A DNA stretch of 63,898 nt, filler included, from Bigelowiella natans CCMP2755 (Eukaryota; Protista; Cercozoa): assembly GCA_000320545.1 (NCBI GenBank). It is 11 parts of 11 records of this genome, joined end to end, with 100 filler letters (N's around TTAATTAATTAA, not from the genome) between each part and the next. Parts side by side here need not be neighbours in the genome. Positions count along the whole stretch, not along the records: positions 1 to 1,323 come from ADNK01000745.1; positions 1,424 to 18,948 come from ADNK01000010.1; 9 more parts are not named here. The stretch is one strand, 5' to 3'. The first letter of the stretch is position 1. Each line of letters starts with the position of its first letter. The position numbers were made by a program, and so were the translations under genes. The notes beneath the pieces are model-generated. The model was given only the letters and a program-made list of their open reading frames with translations. It searched no databases and was not told where the DNA came from. Below are positions 1-12,977 of this stretch, in pieces.

Positions 1-68
1 AAGCGGGCAGAATAATACTTAAGTGAAGTAGTAACATGAGTTTCTTCTCTAATTCTGCGCTATGACAG

Positions 69-1323
<1,255 letters not shown>

Positions 1324-1458
1324 NNNNNNNNNNNNNNNNNNNNNNNNNNNNNNNNNNNNNNNNNNNNTTAATTAATTAANNNNNNNNNNNNNNNNNNNNN
1401 NNNNNNNNNNNNNNNNNNNNNNNGGGGAAATAGGGTTTTTTTTTGTCCCCCCCCCCCC

Positions 1459-1499
<41 letters not shown>

Positions 1500-1520
1500 C
1501 TTGTTGGTTTTTTCTTACAG

Positions 1521-2253
1521 GATGAATTCCTTCCCGTCGCAACATTTCTCAGCGCAATCGATACGAAGGAAAAGCCAGCGATCGTTGATTTTCTGAGCAA
1601 ATCAGCGGGTTCTGCGCTCGATCTGAAAGAGGTTATTATTGTGATTTGGCGGTGGTGCGCAAGCATCATCCACAAGAGTGCGAAACCGTTGATGGCAAAC
1701 TATTCGCTGCATACCAAGATTGCATTTGAATAGAATTCTGGAAACCTATTCCTCTATCTAAAATATGTTCCCCTATTCACTTCAGCCATCTCTACCCCGT
1801 AGGTGTCTACTTCAATGCTCATGATGATTAGTTTTTCTCCATCCCCCGTCAATCCCCCCTCTCTTTTTGCACAGACGTTTACGAGCATGGACACAAATAA
1901 GGATGGACTCTTGGACGAGGATGAGTTCGTGACAGGATTTGCTAAGATCCTTAACGATAGCAACAAGTGGTTGGTGCCGTATCTCGAATACATGTGCAAA
2001 AACCCCTTCAAAGGCATGCCAGTCGATGAGCTCAGCCTCCTAAAGACCGTAATAAAGAATAACAATAATCCTTCATCTTCAAATAACAATAACAATGTTG
2101 GTGTTGCTGCTGTTGTTGAATCTGAGCCTAAGATCATACTCATCATCATTCACTAACCATTCTTGCTACTGAACTACTGTGCACAACACAACAACTAATT
2201 CCAGGTCACGGCCTACTTGAAGGATACTTTCATCAAGGAGTTCTATCCGCAAG

Positions 2254-2286
<33 letters not shown>

Positions 2287-3090
2287 CCATACTATCATTC
2301 ATGAACATTTGTTTATTTGGAAACGTGATCGTCAGCACTATTGACCACTACTGAACTGCTACGTGTGATGATTATTATAAAACTAACAATATCATCACTC
2401 ACTTTTCACAGGTCCAGGCTGACAGCAAGAATGCAGATCTGATGAAGCAAGCATTTGCCACAGCTGATTCCAACAAGGACGGTGTGATCGATGAGCGCGA
2501 ATATATGACTAACGTCATGGTGCACCTCTTTGCATCTATGGATAAAGCTGTGCTCAAAGAGGTGGTGCTTGAAATAGTAGTTATTGCGGTGGGAAAGGGA
2601 GGGGGAGGAGTACTCTTAAATATCAGTATCGGCGTGATGCTGCTGCGCTACTGCTGCTCGATTCGTTTGTCCCCCCTCCCCCTGTCGCAACTTGCCATTG
2701 ACAATGTTCGATGATCCATCTCCCCCCTCAACCCCTATTTGCTGCTTATTATACGTGCCCCAGGCAGCGAAGAAGTCCAAGGATAAAATGAAGGAAGAAG
2801 CGAAGAAGAAGCCCATGCAGTTAAAGCCGTTGCCTTTGCGCCGTCCCTCATTGATCCTGAAAGTGAGGCCTGTTAAGATGGGGAAAAGACTCCCCATGAG
2901 GAGGGGCCGTCCACTGGCCGGGGGGAGGTCCGTCGGAACAGTTGGAACAAGAAATCTGGATTGTAATAACAGAGAGGATGGCAAATCTAAAAATAGACCT
3001 CGTGTGCATCATCAGAAGCAGCAGAGGATGGTGACACAGGAGGATCTAGGGGAGGAGGAAAGAGAGCTTCTCGTTGCAAGTACGCCTTGA
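1521..3090 (+). CDS. EF-hand calcium-binding protein (multi-exon); may splice onto the downstream ferritin-like domain
   Basis: Two canonical EF loops, DTNKDGLLDEDEF (exon ~1875-2048) and DSNKDGVIDEREY (exon ~2412-2561), joined by phase-compatible GT-AG introns. Confidence 0.8.
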
Positions 3091-3117
3091 ATTTGAAATA
3101 GAAGAATAGGAGAAGAA

Positions 3118-3158
<41 letters not shown>

Positions 3159-3560
3159 CTTGTGAAGGGGAAATGATTTAATATGATTACTTTATTAAGA
3201 CTGTTTTGATGAGAGGCTGGTCGTGGTAGTGATGGTGGTGGTGGTCGTAGTGGTATGGGTTGGCTTATACTTGCGAGAAAGGAGGAGGCGGCGGGATGAC
3301 AGATAATAAAAGAGATGAAGACAAAAGATATTACCCAAAAGTAGTGAGAATATAATCGAAGAATTCCAATTTATGGGTGTGTATGCGCGCATATGCGCGC
3401 GCGTGTGTGTATCATAAATAGCCATTCGCACGACTTCAAGACCATCTGATTGGGCACAACCAGTAATGGTACACCAGCTAACTAAGTGACAAAGCAACAA
3501 TAATAAGAAGAAGACGGAAAAAAACCTGAGCCCGCATGGCTATCTTGATTGTCTGTTTAG

Positions 3561-4440
3561 GGAATCAATTCGCCGCACGTTTGAATACCACACTAGAACT
3601 GACAAACACTATGACCACACAGACGGTAAGTCAGCCACAATTGCTGCTACAAGTAGTAGTACCCAGAAAGAAAGTGAAGATGTCACCTGATGGAGATGCT
3701 CATGGCGGCGACGACGAGGACAACGACAAGGTACCTTCGCAAATAATGCAGAAAGTAACTGCAAAGTGGCTGGCTCAGGCGCAAGATGAGGTAGTAGTAG
3801 TAGTACTAGTAGTAGTAGTAGCTCTTTGTTTTTGGTTGGTTGACATCCTAGTCGCTACAATACAATGTAACAAGATATGATAAGATAAGTTATATGTATA
3901 TATAATCTATAGTACTTGCGTCTTAATTGCTTCCTCCTTTTGAACATGATGAATTAGCACGCTTCCGTGGCGTCATTCGCCCGCCATGCCTTGGAGTTGC
4001 TCAAATTTGGCGCACCTGCACAGCTCGTGAATGGAGCAATGTCAGCAGGTGGAGGAACAATAGTAGTATTAGTAGTAGTAGTAGTAGTAGTAGTAGCAGT
4101 AGGAACGGCATGAATACTTGGCTAATATCACCTCTCTACTACTAATATGACTACTACCACCACTATATTATGTGTGGTGTTGTTCATCTTTGTGCGTTTG
4201 TTGTGTGCCTCCTCCTCAGGCCAAGATGAAGTACGGCATGCGCAGTCGTGTTTCGAACTCGCATCGCGGTTTTCACAGCAGCAGAAGCACAACAAGGCGA
4301 AAGCAGAGAAGATGACGGAGAAGAAGAAGAAGAAGAATAAGACTGCGAATGGTGGCAGCAAGGAAGAGGAGAAGAAGACCGATCTAGCCACCCCAGTTTA
4401 CTTTTCTCCGGGACCTTTAAATATCGATCGAGCACGCAGG

Positions 4441-4488
<48 letters not shown>

Positions 4489-5148
4489 GGATTTTGTTAC
4501 AATAGCAGCGGCAGCAGCAGTCCCAGATTAGGTGATAATGAAGAGCGTGCACGTGTGCCTTAGCTCCTCATTTTGTTTCGATGGTGGAAGAGAGAGAGAG
4601 AGAGAGAGTGTGTGTGTGTGTGTGTCCAAATGATTTGTTGTGCGCATAGATAGATATAGTCTTGCCTCAACTTCTTCACATTACTCCGATACTAATTCTT
4701 TGAACATCATCAGCTCGCAAAGACGCTGCCGGAAATGGCTGTTGAGCTTATGCAGGACGGCTGTAAGTACTCCTCCTTTTCTTTTCGTCAAGTAGTTATT
4801 CAAAGAAGCAGCTCAAATTAGATTCCATCATCTGAAAGAAGGATGGGTTGTCTTTACCTTTCCTCCTTCGAGATGACGAAGGGCTTCACCCGTGTTGTGG
4901 TAGGAGGAAGGAGGCGCGTCGAGCAACCTCTCCTCGCAACCACATACATAAAACCTGTATCTTTGCACGTTCACGTATAAAACGAAGCTTCACATTGGCA
5001 ATTTTTTTGATGATTCACCCTTAAAGGCGTTGGTGAGACCGAAGCTGTTTTAATTGCCGCACGGCAGCTATTGACGGCGACGGATCCGCATGTGCGAAAA
5101 ACGCTCCAAGCCATTGTACAGGTAGCCAGTAGTAATAGTAGCAGTATT

Positions 5149-5189
<41 letters not shown>

Positions 5190-5922
5190 TGTGGACGAAA
5201 TCCAAAATTGTGCTTCGGTATATGACAAACTGGATGACTTATTCCACAGGAGGAGGCGAAACATGCGGAACTTGCCTGGAAGACGCTGGCCTGGTCCATT
5301 AGCCAGAAAGAACAAGGTACAACACACTTCACTACTCGCTGCGGAGGATGATAAATCGCGTTCTGTGGGGAGTGGGGAAGGGAGAGGAGAAAGAGAGGAC
5401 AAAACATCGTCAATTTCATTTGCGCTGACAAGTTTGACACATGCCCTGTATTCTAGTATAGTATACATCTTCACTCCTCTTTATTTATGCGTACCTTCAT
5501 CGTAAAATGCCAACTCTGCTACTGTAACCATCATGATGGATGAATGCCATACGGAAGGTGGTAAGGTGCTGCAGGCCGTGCTTCCAGTTTTTGAGAAAGA
5601 GCTGTCGAAACGCACCAAGACAACAACGGTCATACGCAGCGGGGCCATAGACAGCAAACAGGTAAGGACCCTTCAAAGGTACGGCGTTGTAAACGAAAGT
5701 GCCATCTTGGAGGTGAACAAGATTTCTGCAGTCTTGGTGAAAGGCCTCATGGATGACGTCCAAACCATGTTCGAGGAGAAAAAGACAACAATTATCAAGT
5801 CTAAGGTGAATGGAAATGAACAGGAAAAGCAGAAGAATGCTCCATCTACTGCCCATTGGACCACATTCAATCCGCTCAAGCGAGTGGAAGCAGCTATCAA
5901 GCAAGTTTCGTCCTTGGGATGA
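3561..5922 (+). CDS. Ferritin-like (di-iron carboxylate) domain protein, myxobacterial-type family
   Basis: Exons ..3790, 3958-4048, 4220-4440, 4714-4762, 5027-5121, 5250-5316 and 5558-5922 splice in frame to KWLAQAQDEHASVASFARHALELLKFGAPAQLVNGAMSAGQDEVRHAQSCFELASRF..PGPL..LAKTLPEMAVELMQDGCVGETEAVLIAARQLLTATDPHVRKTLQAIVQEEAKHAELAWKTLAWSI. This carries the complete E..ExxH..E..ExxH ligand set. Confidence 0.85.
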
Positions 5923-6732
5923 GATTGCATTTGAACGATCAAATTATTGGTTACTTTGCTTGTGGTAACTTGCATGTCTAGATGTGTAAAAACAATAAAC
6001 GACACAGATTTACATGCACATTACTAGCTTATTGCGGTAGCAAAGAATAGCTTCATTATGAGTCACTCTCGATTTACGATTAATGATGGCATCTAGTTAG
6101 CTAGGCATGACAGCACGTGAACTACTAGACTACACTAGCTAGCTAGAACAAGCTAGCAAGCGTTTCGCTTCTATTTGACCTAGTCTAGCTAGCCATGGCT
6201 AGCTAGTAGTTAGAACTAGAGAATAGTGATCTATGCTATTGTAGATTGTCTGCCACGCACCGCTAGATCGGTGACATTGCTAGATTGCTTAGATTTGGCA
6301 CAACATGTCTAGCTAGCTAGATGTGGCTCACGTATTACTTGCTGTCTAGCCGTGCTAGCGATAGCTAGATAGCAGCGTGTTGCACTGTCTAGCAGTGCAC
6401 CGCATAGCATCGCGCGCGCAAATTAATAGTGCGGTGCGGATCGATATCTAGGCATGGGCGGACAGCCTTACAACCTAGTCATTTGACAAGCTAGATGCAA
6501 TGTGCGGTCGACTAGCTACACATTGCATCTATAGCTAGTCGACCGCTCATCAGTCTGTCTATCTACTACACATGCTATGGCTAGATGGGTCATGCATGCA
6601 ACCATAGTCGACTGCAACTTGGAGCACCATCATGCTTGCATCTAATTTGCAAGTGTCATTGAAATTCATACTTGCAGTAGGAAAACTCTGCGGCTCTGCT
6701 TATCAGCTTTATTATGATTCTATGTTCTATGT

Positions 6733-8671
6733 CTAATCTGCTACATCTGATTCGTCACCATCGTCCTCTATTTTTTTTGTCTCAGGTTGTAGTTCTTCGA
6801 CACCATGTTCTTCCTTCTTCTCTGTTGCTGTTTCACTCGCATCTTTTCTAATAACCAACTTTGGAATTTGTGGTCTGGTCACCAACGTATCTTCTTCTAC
6901 TTGTGTTTTTTGTTTAGCTTCAAATAACTCCCTTGAACTGCCTTGTACACTCAGCTTCGGGACAGGTGATTCTGGTCCTGTGTTCCCACTACTAGGACGT
7001 GAAATCCGACTCTGTTTTGGTGGGAAGGGAGGCAAACTAGGCGCTGGACCTTTCGGAGGAGGGCTCAACGGAGGTAATGGCTGCGTGCTACTATCATACG
7101 AATGTTGATTGTGCAACGATGTAGTTGCCGAGGGTGTATGACGAACTGTGTGGGTATGATGAGCAGCGAATTTAGAAGTGTCGCTTGTCTTCACCCATTT
7201 TGCGGCCCGCTTGACTTTAGCTTTCTTATCCAGGAACCGGATGTAAACCTCGTCCCTAATCCTGATTAATTCATCATACTATCTCAATACAAGTTAGTTA
7301 CTGGACCTTGCAAGAATAATATTCGCTACCAAAAGATCTCTCTTTTTGGACCTTGGATGTTCGTAATTATAACCTAATGCATCACCTGCTTGAGAACTCT
7401 AACAAAAAAATTTCACCTTCTACCAAATTTTCGAAACTACTCGAGCAAAGTGAAATCATCAGTCTACATTTTTTCGTGCTAACCTCATGCCATTTTCCAT
7501 GCTTATCCTTGTAGTCCACTCTATTCCCGATCTCTAATTTAAGTCCGTTTTTCAACTCCAAAACCCCTGCAATATGCTATATCAATCAGTGTAGACCTTT
7601 AGAATAAACATTTAGAACACTGTGTAGATAACTTCTTCCTTGTATCAATATTTTTTAAAAAAATGTACCTTGGCGATGCAGAACTACTGGAGAATCTTTG
7701 GTGGCGGCACTGTTTCCTCCGAGTGGATTTGGATTTGGTGTAGGTTTAGTTTCAGCTTGGTATCGGAGGACGGAGGCGAATATCGATTGCTTCCGATGTG
7801 CTCTCCTGAAGCTAGCTACTGGACTGCCGCCCACAGATTTCGACATTGGAGAGTCTAGTCTGGATATCGAACCTTGGGAAGCAGCAAGAACTGTTGGTCT
7901 TCGGCTCCCAAATATTGAGGGAAAGACAGATCCTCTGCGGCTAGAGGGAGATGGGAAGAAAGATCCTCTACGACTTGATGCGGTGGATGCGGCATTACTC
8001 TGTACTGCAGATGATGAAGCTTTAGAAGTTTCCTAAATTATGCATTTTAAAGAGAAATTATCGGGGAAAATTGTAAGCTACTGTACTCATTCATGGATTC
8101 ATGGGCACAAATTATTAAGCCATCTGTGACATACATAGATTACGATGAGCTTTTTGAGTTTTTTCTTTAATGTATCAGCATGTTTCTTCTTGAACCCAAA
8201 ATGGACTAGATCCTCTGCCTGTTAATAATATATACGAATCAGACTGCTATTGGTCCTTGAATAGGGGCTGTTACCTCCAGTCCTGTAAGTGTAGATCCTA
8301 CAGAAAACAATTTTTTGTCAAACACTCAGCTCGCATATATTTTCAAAAAAAGTTTTACTGCACCATCTATTTCCTCTTTCACACATAGTGCAGCATATTC
8401 AGTCCACTCCTTGCCTCTTCCAGTTCGTTTCACAAACGATGCTGCTTCCTAAAAAAATTCAAAGCCCGATAATCACCCGAAGTTTTGCCTCTATTTTAAA
8501 ATAATAAGTAATAATAATCACAATATTAATTACCGCTATCGTCCATTTGTCCACTCTGAGGGGCAAGAACATCTTTTCATCAACTACGATTGGTGGTGGA
8601 AGAGGAGCTTCAACTATGACGTGATTCGGGTTGTAGGATGGCCCAGGCCGATGGTTGACAGCAGCTGCCAT
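6733..8671 (-). CDS. SAM-domain + Tudor/chromo-barrel-like domain protein with Pro-rich tail
   Basis: Spliced SAM domain: VDKWTIAEAASFVKRTGRGKEWTEYAALCVKEEIDGSTLTGLEAEDLVHFGFKKKHADTLKKKL. Barrel: LEIGNRVDYKDKHGKWHE..GEIFFV..DEVYIRFLD..KWVKTSDTSKFAAHHTHT. Introns are short and free of simple repeats (SSRs). The start codon is uncertain (8671, or an upstream exon reaching 8886). Confidence 0.75.
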
Positions 8672-8862
8672 GTTTTGCGATGTTTCCAATCCAAAAGACT
8701 TGGCGCTTGACTTCCCTGGAGGCTGCTCAGCCTTCTTCCTGGCTCTAGTAGGGAAATGAAAGGGGGAGATAGCCACGCTTTGATTCCCCTATGAGCTTCT
8801 TCGTTCCACCTGTTTGTCTGGTCTGGAGATTGACTTTGTTCCCAATCGGAAAAATTAATTAA

Positions 8863-9570
8863 TCGGGAAACCACGTGCATCTTCATTCTTCACACGCAGC
8901 AGGCGGCACGGCACGTCGGCGGTTTTCCTCTGCGACGACAACTTTCGCCAATTTTTCCAGGAGAAAAAGGCGCTTTCACTGAACACTTGATTGACGGAAG
9001 GCAGCACAAAGGTGTTCGGATCGATTCAATGATTCAGACACCTGGACAGTGTCGTGCACCGGCGCATGACACCCATCCAACAAAGTCTTCAATCCGTTGA
9101 GTCTCATTTCAACCTCCGAGGTGCACACCTTCGAGTGCAACGTGGGTAAAACCTGATTCACATCACGCCAGATTTTCTGATTGAATTGAATTGAATTGAA
9201 TTGAATCCAGCACAATTGAGGCAAAAGAACTGCGATGGGAGAAAAGCGTGCACGCGTGCAGACAAAGCTGTCTGGCTGTGGCCACAACGCACAAACTGAA
9301 CTTGACAATTTTGGCCACAATGCACATCGCCTAGATCGTCTGATCGCAGCAAGGTGGCTGTGGCTCCGTGTTGTGCAACACGAGACGGTGCATCCCAGCT
9401 GACATGCGTTCAAATCCAGCTGGAACTTGGCTGCACAATGTTCAATTTTGGGCTTTTTCCTTCGCATGAGATGAGAGCTTGTTGAACGCAACACGTTGAG
9501 CATCTTGTCATTGAAGATGATGGTTTCTGCGACTCAGCACCGCACAGCATTGTGGCATGCCAGCATGCAC
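8863..9570. other. TpA-depleted island (probable degraded repeat), includes a (TTGAA)5 tract at ~9180-9206
   Basis: Manual count finds only 2 TA dinucleotides in ~700 bp (one GTAA, one CTAG); rich in TGCA/CATG/CACA. Confidence 0.7.
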
Positions 9571-9953
9571 ATATTGGCACCCCTATTAGCCCCCCCCCCC
9601 TCCCCCCCCCACACACACACATCCGCCAGACTGCTTCTGCGAAGCAACAACAGGGCTGGCTACACGTGCACGTCTAGACGTAGCAATGCCCGAACCATGG
9701 CTAAAAAACCCACAACACAGTCGCAGTGCGGCAACCTAGCAATACCACTTCATGCACGCTGAGCTAGCTGAGCTGTGCATGTCTGCAGCTGCTAGCTTGT
9801 CGCTGTAAGCGCATCGTAATTGTGCTCGCCATGAATCTTGTCGAATGTACATCTAGAGATGTAACGTGTAAAACGATTCACGCTCGCCTCCTTTGATTTT
9901 ACAAAATGCATGCGCATGCCGCTACAGCATGATGATGCTTTGCTCGAACAAGA

Positions 9954-11297
9954 TCAACTTGCTGAGAGGGTCACTTTATCCTTTACAGTGTCAGGCAGAA
10001 GCCAGAAGAGCCAATAGACAAAAGATGCAGGCAACCGACCCGCCTTTGCCACTACATATCTCACCTTTCACATGATAAAGTATTCAGTATTTACGCAGCA
10101 AATGCACACACGAACACACACACACACACATACACACACACACACACACTTCTTTTGTATCTGTGTGTGTAAGTCGAAACCGCGTAAGTATTGATCGATT
10201 CTACAGATAGCTAGTTTTTAACTAATAGAAGTAGGCTAGATAAAGGAGCAAGAGAAACGCTAGGTGCCACAGCATACCTTCGGATATGGCGAAGTGATGG
10301 CGTGCAAAATGGCCTCATCCGTAACATCCGTACCGGTTCCTCTTTGTACCACATGATAGAGAGAATAGTTCAGGACAATCAAGATGATAACTGGGAGGGG
10401 GTTACTGAGTGCAATGCATATCACCAGATAATACCCTACGTATTCACTGCCATGATAGTGTGTTGCCAATGTACTTCTTGTTCTTTCTCTCACCTGTCAT
10501 GCTGCTTGAGGCGTTTTGTCTCGTATCCGCGGAATACATGCTCATACAACTCGAAGTCCTGGCAGTAGTAATGCGGAAGAATCAAGGACATGGGGTTTCT
10601 TGTAGAATCATAATTTACGACGCATATATATAAGGATGATTCATATAATGATGCGTATGCCTGATCCTCTTTTATTCCTGTCATTCTCCCCACGATGATG
10701 TTTTTCAGAAGGGTTGCATAAGTGCCATTCACCCGATAATAACCGGTTGGCAGTAGCGTGTGGGGCCACTAGAATCCACTATTCTGCAAGCAATATACAC
10801 ATATACGCACTACTACTACCTCTTTAGGTAAGTTGGCAAACGGCACGTTGTCGCCCACCTGTTTCTCAGTGATACCTATTGCATTTAACATCAGCGTGAA
10901 GAACCATGGGATGGTGGGTAGTGGTGGCAATGGGGTTGTTTGGTTGATATATTTTTTAATTCATGTTTAGTAGTAGGAATAGTAGAATTGTTGACACAAA
11001 ATTTTTGTCTGCTACTATCCTCCCCCCCCTCGTCCTCTGCTTCTCCAAGTTATGGTTGTGAGTCGTTTCGTTAGGATTGTGAAATGCAGTACGCGTCTTG
11101 ACGAAGCCAGGGTTGACAACGCTTACAGACATGTTCCACTTCGCCAACTCCATGCGCAACGACGCAGATACCCCTAATATTGATGACAAGAATTATGATT
11201 CTGATATTAACAATTTTGTGGATTTCTGGAGTGATAGCGGCCTCGACCTCCTCCCACCTGATCTTCATTTCAGTATGAAACACGTGTGCAAATAATA

Positions 11298-11334
<37 letters not shown>

Positions 11335-11337
11335 TTA

Positions 11338-11382
<45 letters not shown>

Positions 11383-12710
11383 TGTGAAATCATCATCATC
11401 ATCAACCAGATTATCGCCACTTTCATCTACAACTTCATTAGAAGCAGCAACCTACCGTCGACAGCTTGCTTCGTTGCGGTGTACACTGCTTTCGTTGGCC
11501 TCGGTGCAAAGGCGGCCAGACTTGAGATGTTGACGATGCGGCCTTCTGTGCATCGGAGCATAGGAATGCACGCGCGTGTTAATCGGAACACGCCAAAAAC
11601 GTTCACCTTTATTCGTGAGATTAAGAGAGAGAGGGGGGGGGGGGGGAGAGTTATTGAGGGAGTTGTCATAGTACATAAAACTCAATTCCATTTATATTTT
11701 CGGCTATGCGTGCTGCGATAAAATGTACTGAGATGCAATGGGAGGGGATTGTTCGTTGCAAAAAATGGCTGCTAGTTATTGCCTGCTGAATTCAAAGCTC
11801 CCACTACCCTCTCATCTACCTCAAAACAGCGTTTGACACTGGCGATCTCCTCAATCTCTACGGGCAGCCCGGACTGCATAGAGGGAGGAGGAAAGGATTC
11901 GGCGAACGTGCTGATGTTGTCGCGAGAAATAGAGACAGATATAGAGGACTGATACCGAGATTCCAGCGTTATTGACTAGCGCAACGAGTTGCATCTTCCG
12001 CTCCTCCAACTCGCTCTTGACCGATTTCATCTACAGAATTTACAGATCATAATCTCACCTATTTTGTCACTTCATATGATAACACATAAAACTAATGATG
12101 AAGGTGACGGCAATAGAATGATCATAGTGATGATGATGGTGATGATATCAATTATTCAACGCATCTTATAAATTTTAGGATTTCACCGTAGACTCGACGC
12201 TTTCGCACGACGCCACATCAAGAATTACAGGAACAAGGGAGGGACGTTCTTTCACCAAACTTTCTTTATCCGCTTGCTTTCTTACCCCTGCGAACACGGT
12301 GAAACCGGCCGCATCAAGAGCCAGCGCCGCTGACCTTCAGAAAATAAAAATGACTAAGGTTAAATGATGATATTTTCACAATCAGAGAGGTACGCAACGG
12401 ACCTTCCGATACCAGAGCTACAGCCAGATATGAGGATTGCACCCTTTTTATGCACTTTTCGGCGTGGCTGGGACAGCCATTTAAGCAGAGATCCCACAGC
12501 CCAAAGCAGCAGAACCCATAGAGAGCCGATCACTCTAATGAACGACAAATCGCATAGAAGCAATCAATCATCAGACACACGAAGAAGACGACGATGAGTC
12601 CCCATCCTCACTTCTCATTCTTACAGTAAAGAGGAAGTTGTGTAGAAGCATGTCCCAACCGCCAACGCCAGAAATGCAGCCGCGGCCGGCAGAGGTAGCG
12701 AGTTGTCCAT
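9954..12710 (-). CDS. Short-chain dehydrogenase/reductase (RDH/17beta-HSD/BDH-like), N-terminal membrane anchor
   Basis: GAILISGCSSGIG (Rossmann motif), TVFAGVRK, LVALVNNAGIS, VNVFG, GRIVNISS, catalytic YTATK, VSVVNPGFVKT, HAITSPYPK and RYVV. ATG at 12710 gives MDNSLPLPAAAAFLALAVG. Confidence 0.92.
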
Positions 12711-12977
12711 TTTCCGGGTGCACGCGGCTCGGATATTCTGTGGGGCCTTTCTGGGTTGGATTTCAGGGTCAAAATAAGTAGGTTTTTTGCCCTGCGACAT
12801 GGGTTCAAAGTAAGACGCAGGACGGAATTCTTTTCCTTTTCATCTTCGGAAGTGAAAGGGTACATTCGTCGTATTTTCCATATGCGACATGGAATTTCGT
12901 TGGTATGACGCGTAGAATGGAGGCCATTTCCCGGAGGAACTTCCACCTCGTCATCTTCCTTCGCCGCTGCTACGACG

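Noticed and set aside
1324-1423. Recurrent N44-TTAATTAATTAA-N44 element (also at 18949, 23192, 28023, 30265, 50979, 55891, 57411, 58531 and 62269)
   Set aside because: Artificial 100-bp gap linker with stop codons in all six frames; not biological.
9180-9206. (TTGAA)n as a telomeric repeat
   Set aside because: Only five internal units, with no G-rich telomere-like motif.
8976-9503. Cys/His-rich ORFs in the islands (also 20472-20957 and 52523-53002)
   Set aside because: Open frames are expected where TA, and hence TAA/TAG, is depleted; no recognisable domains.
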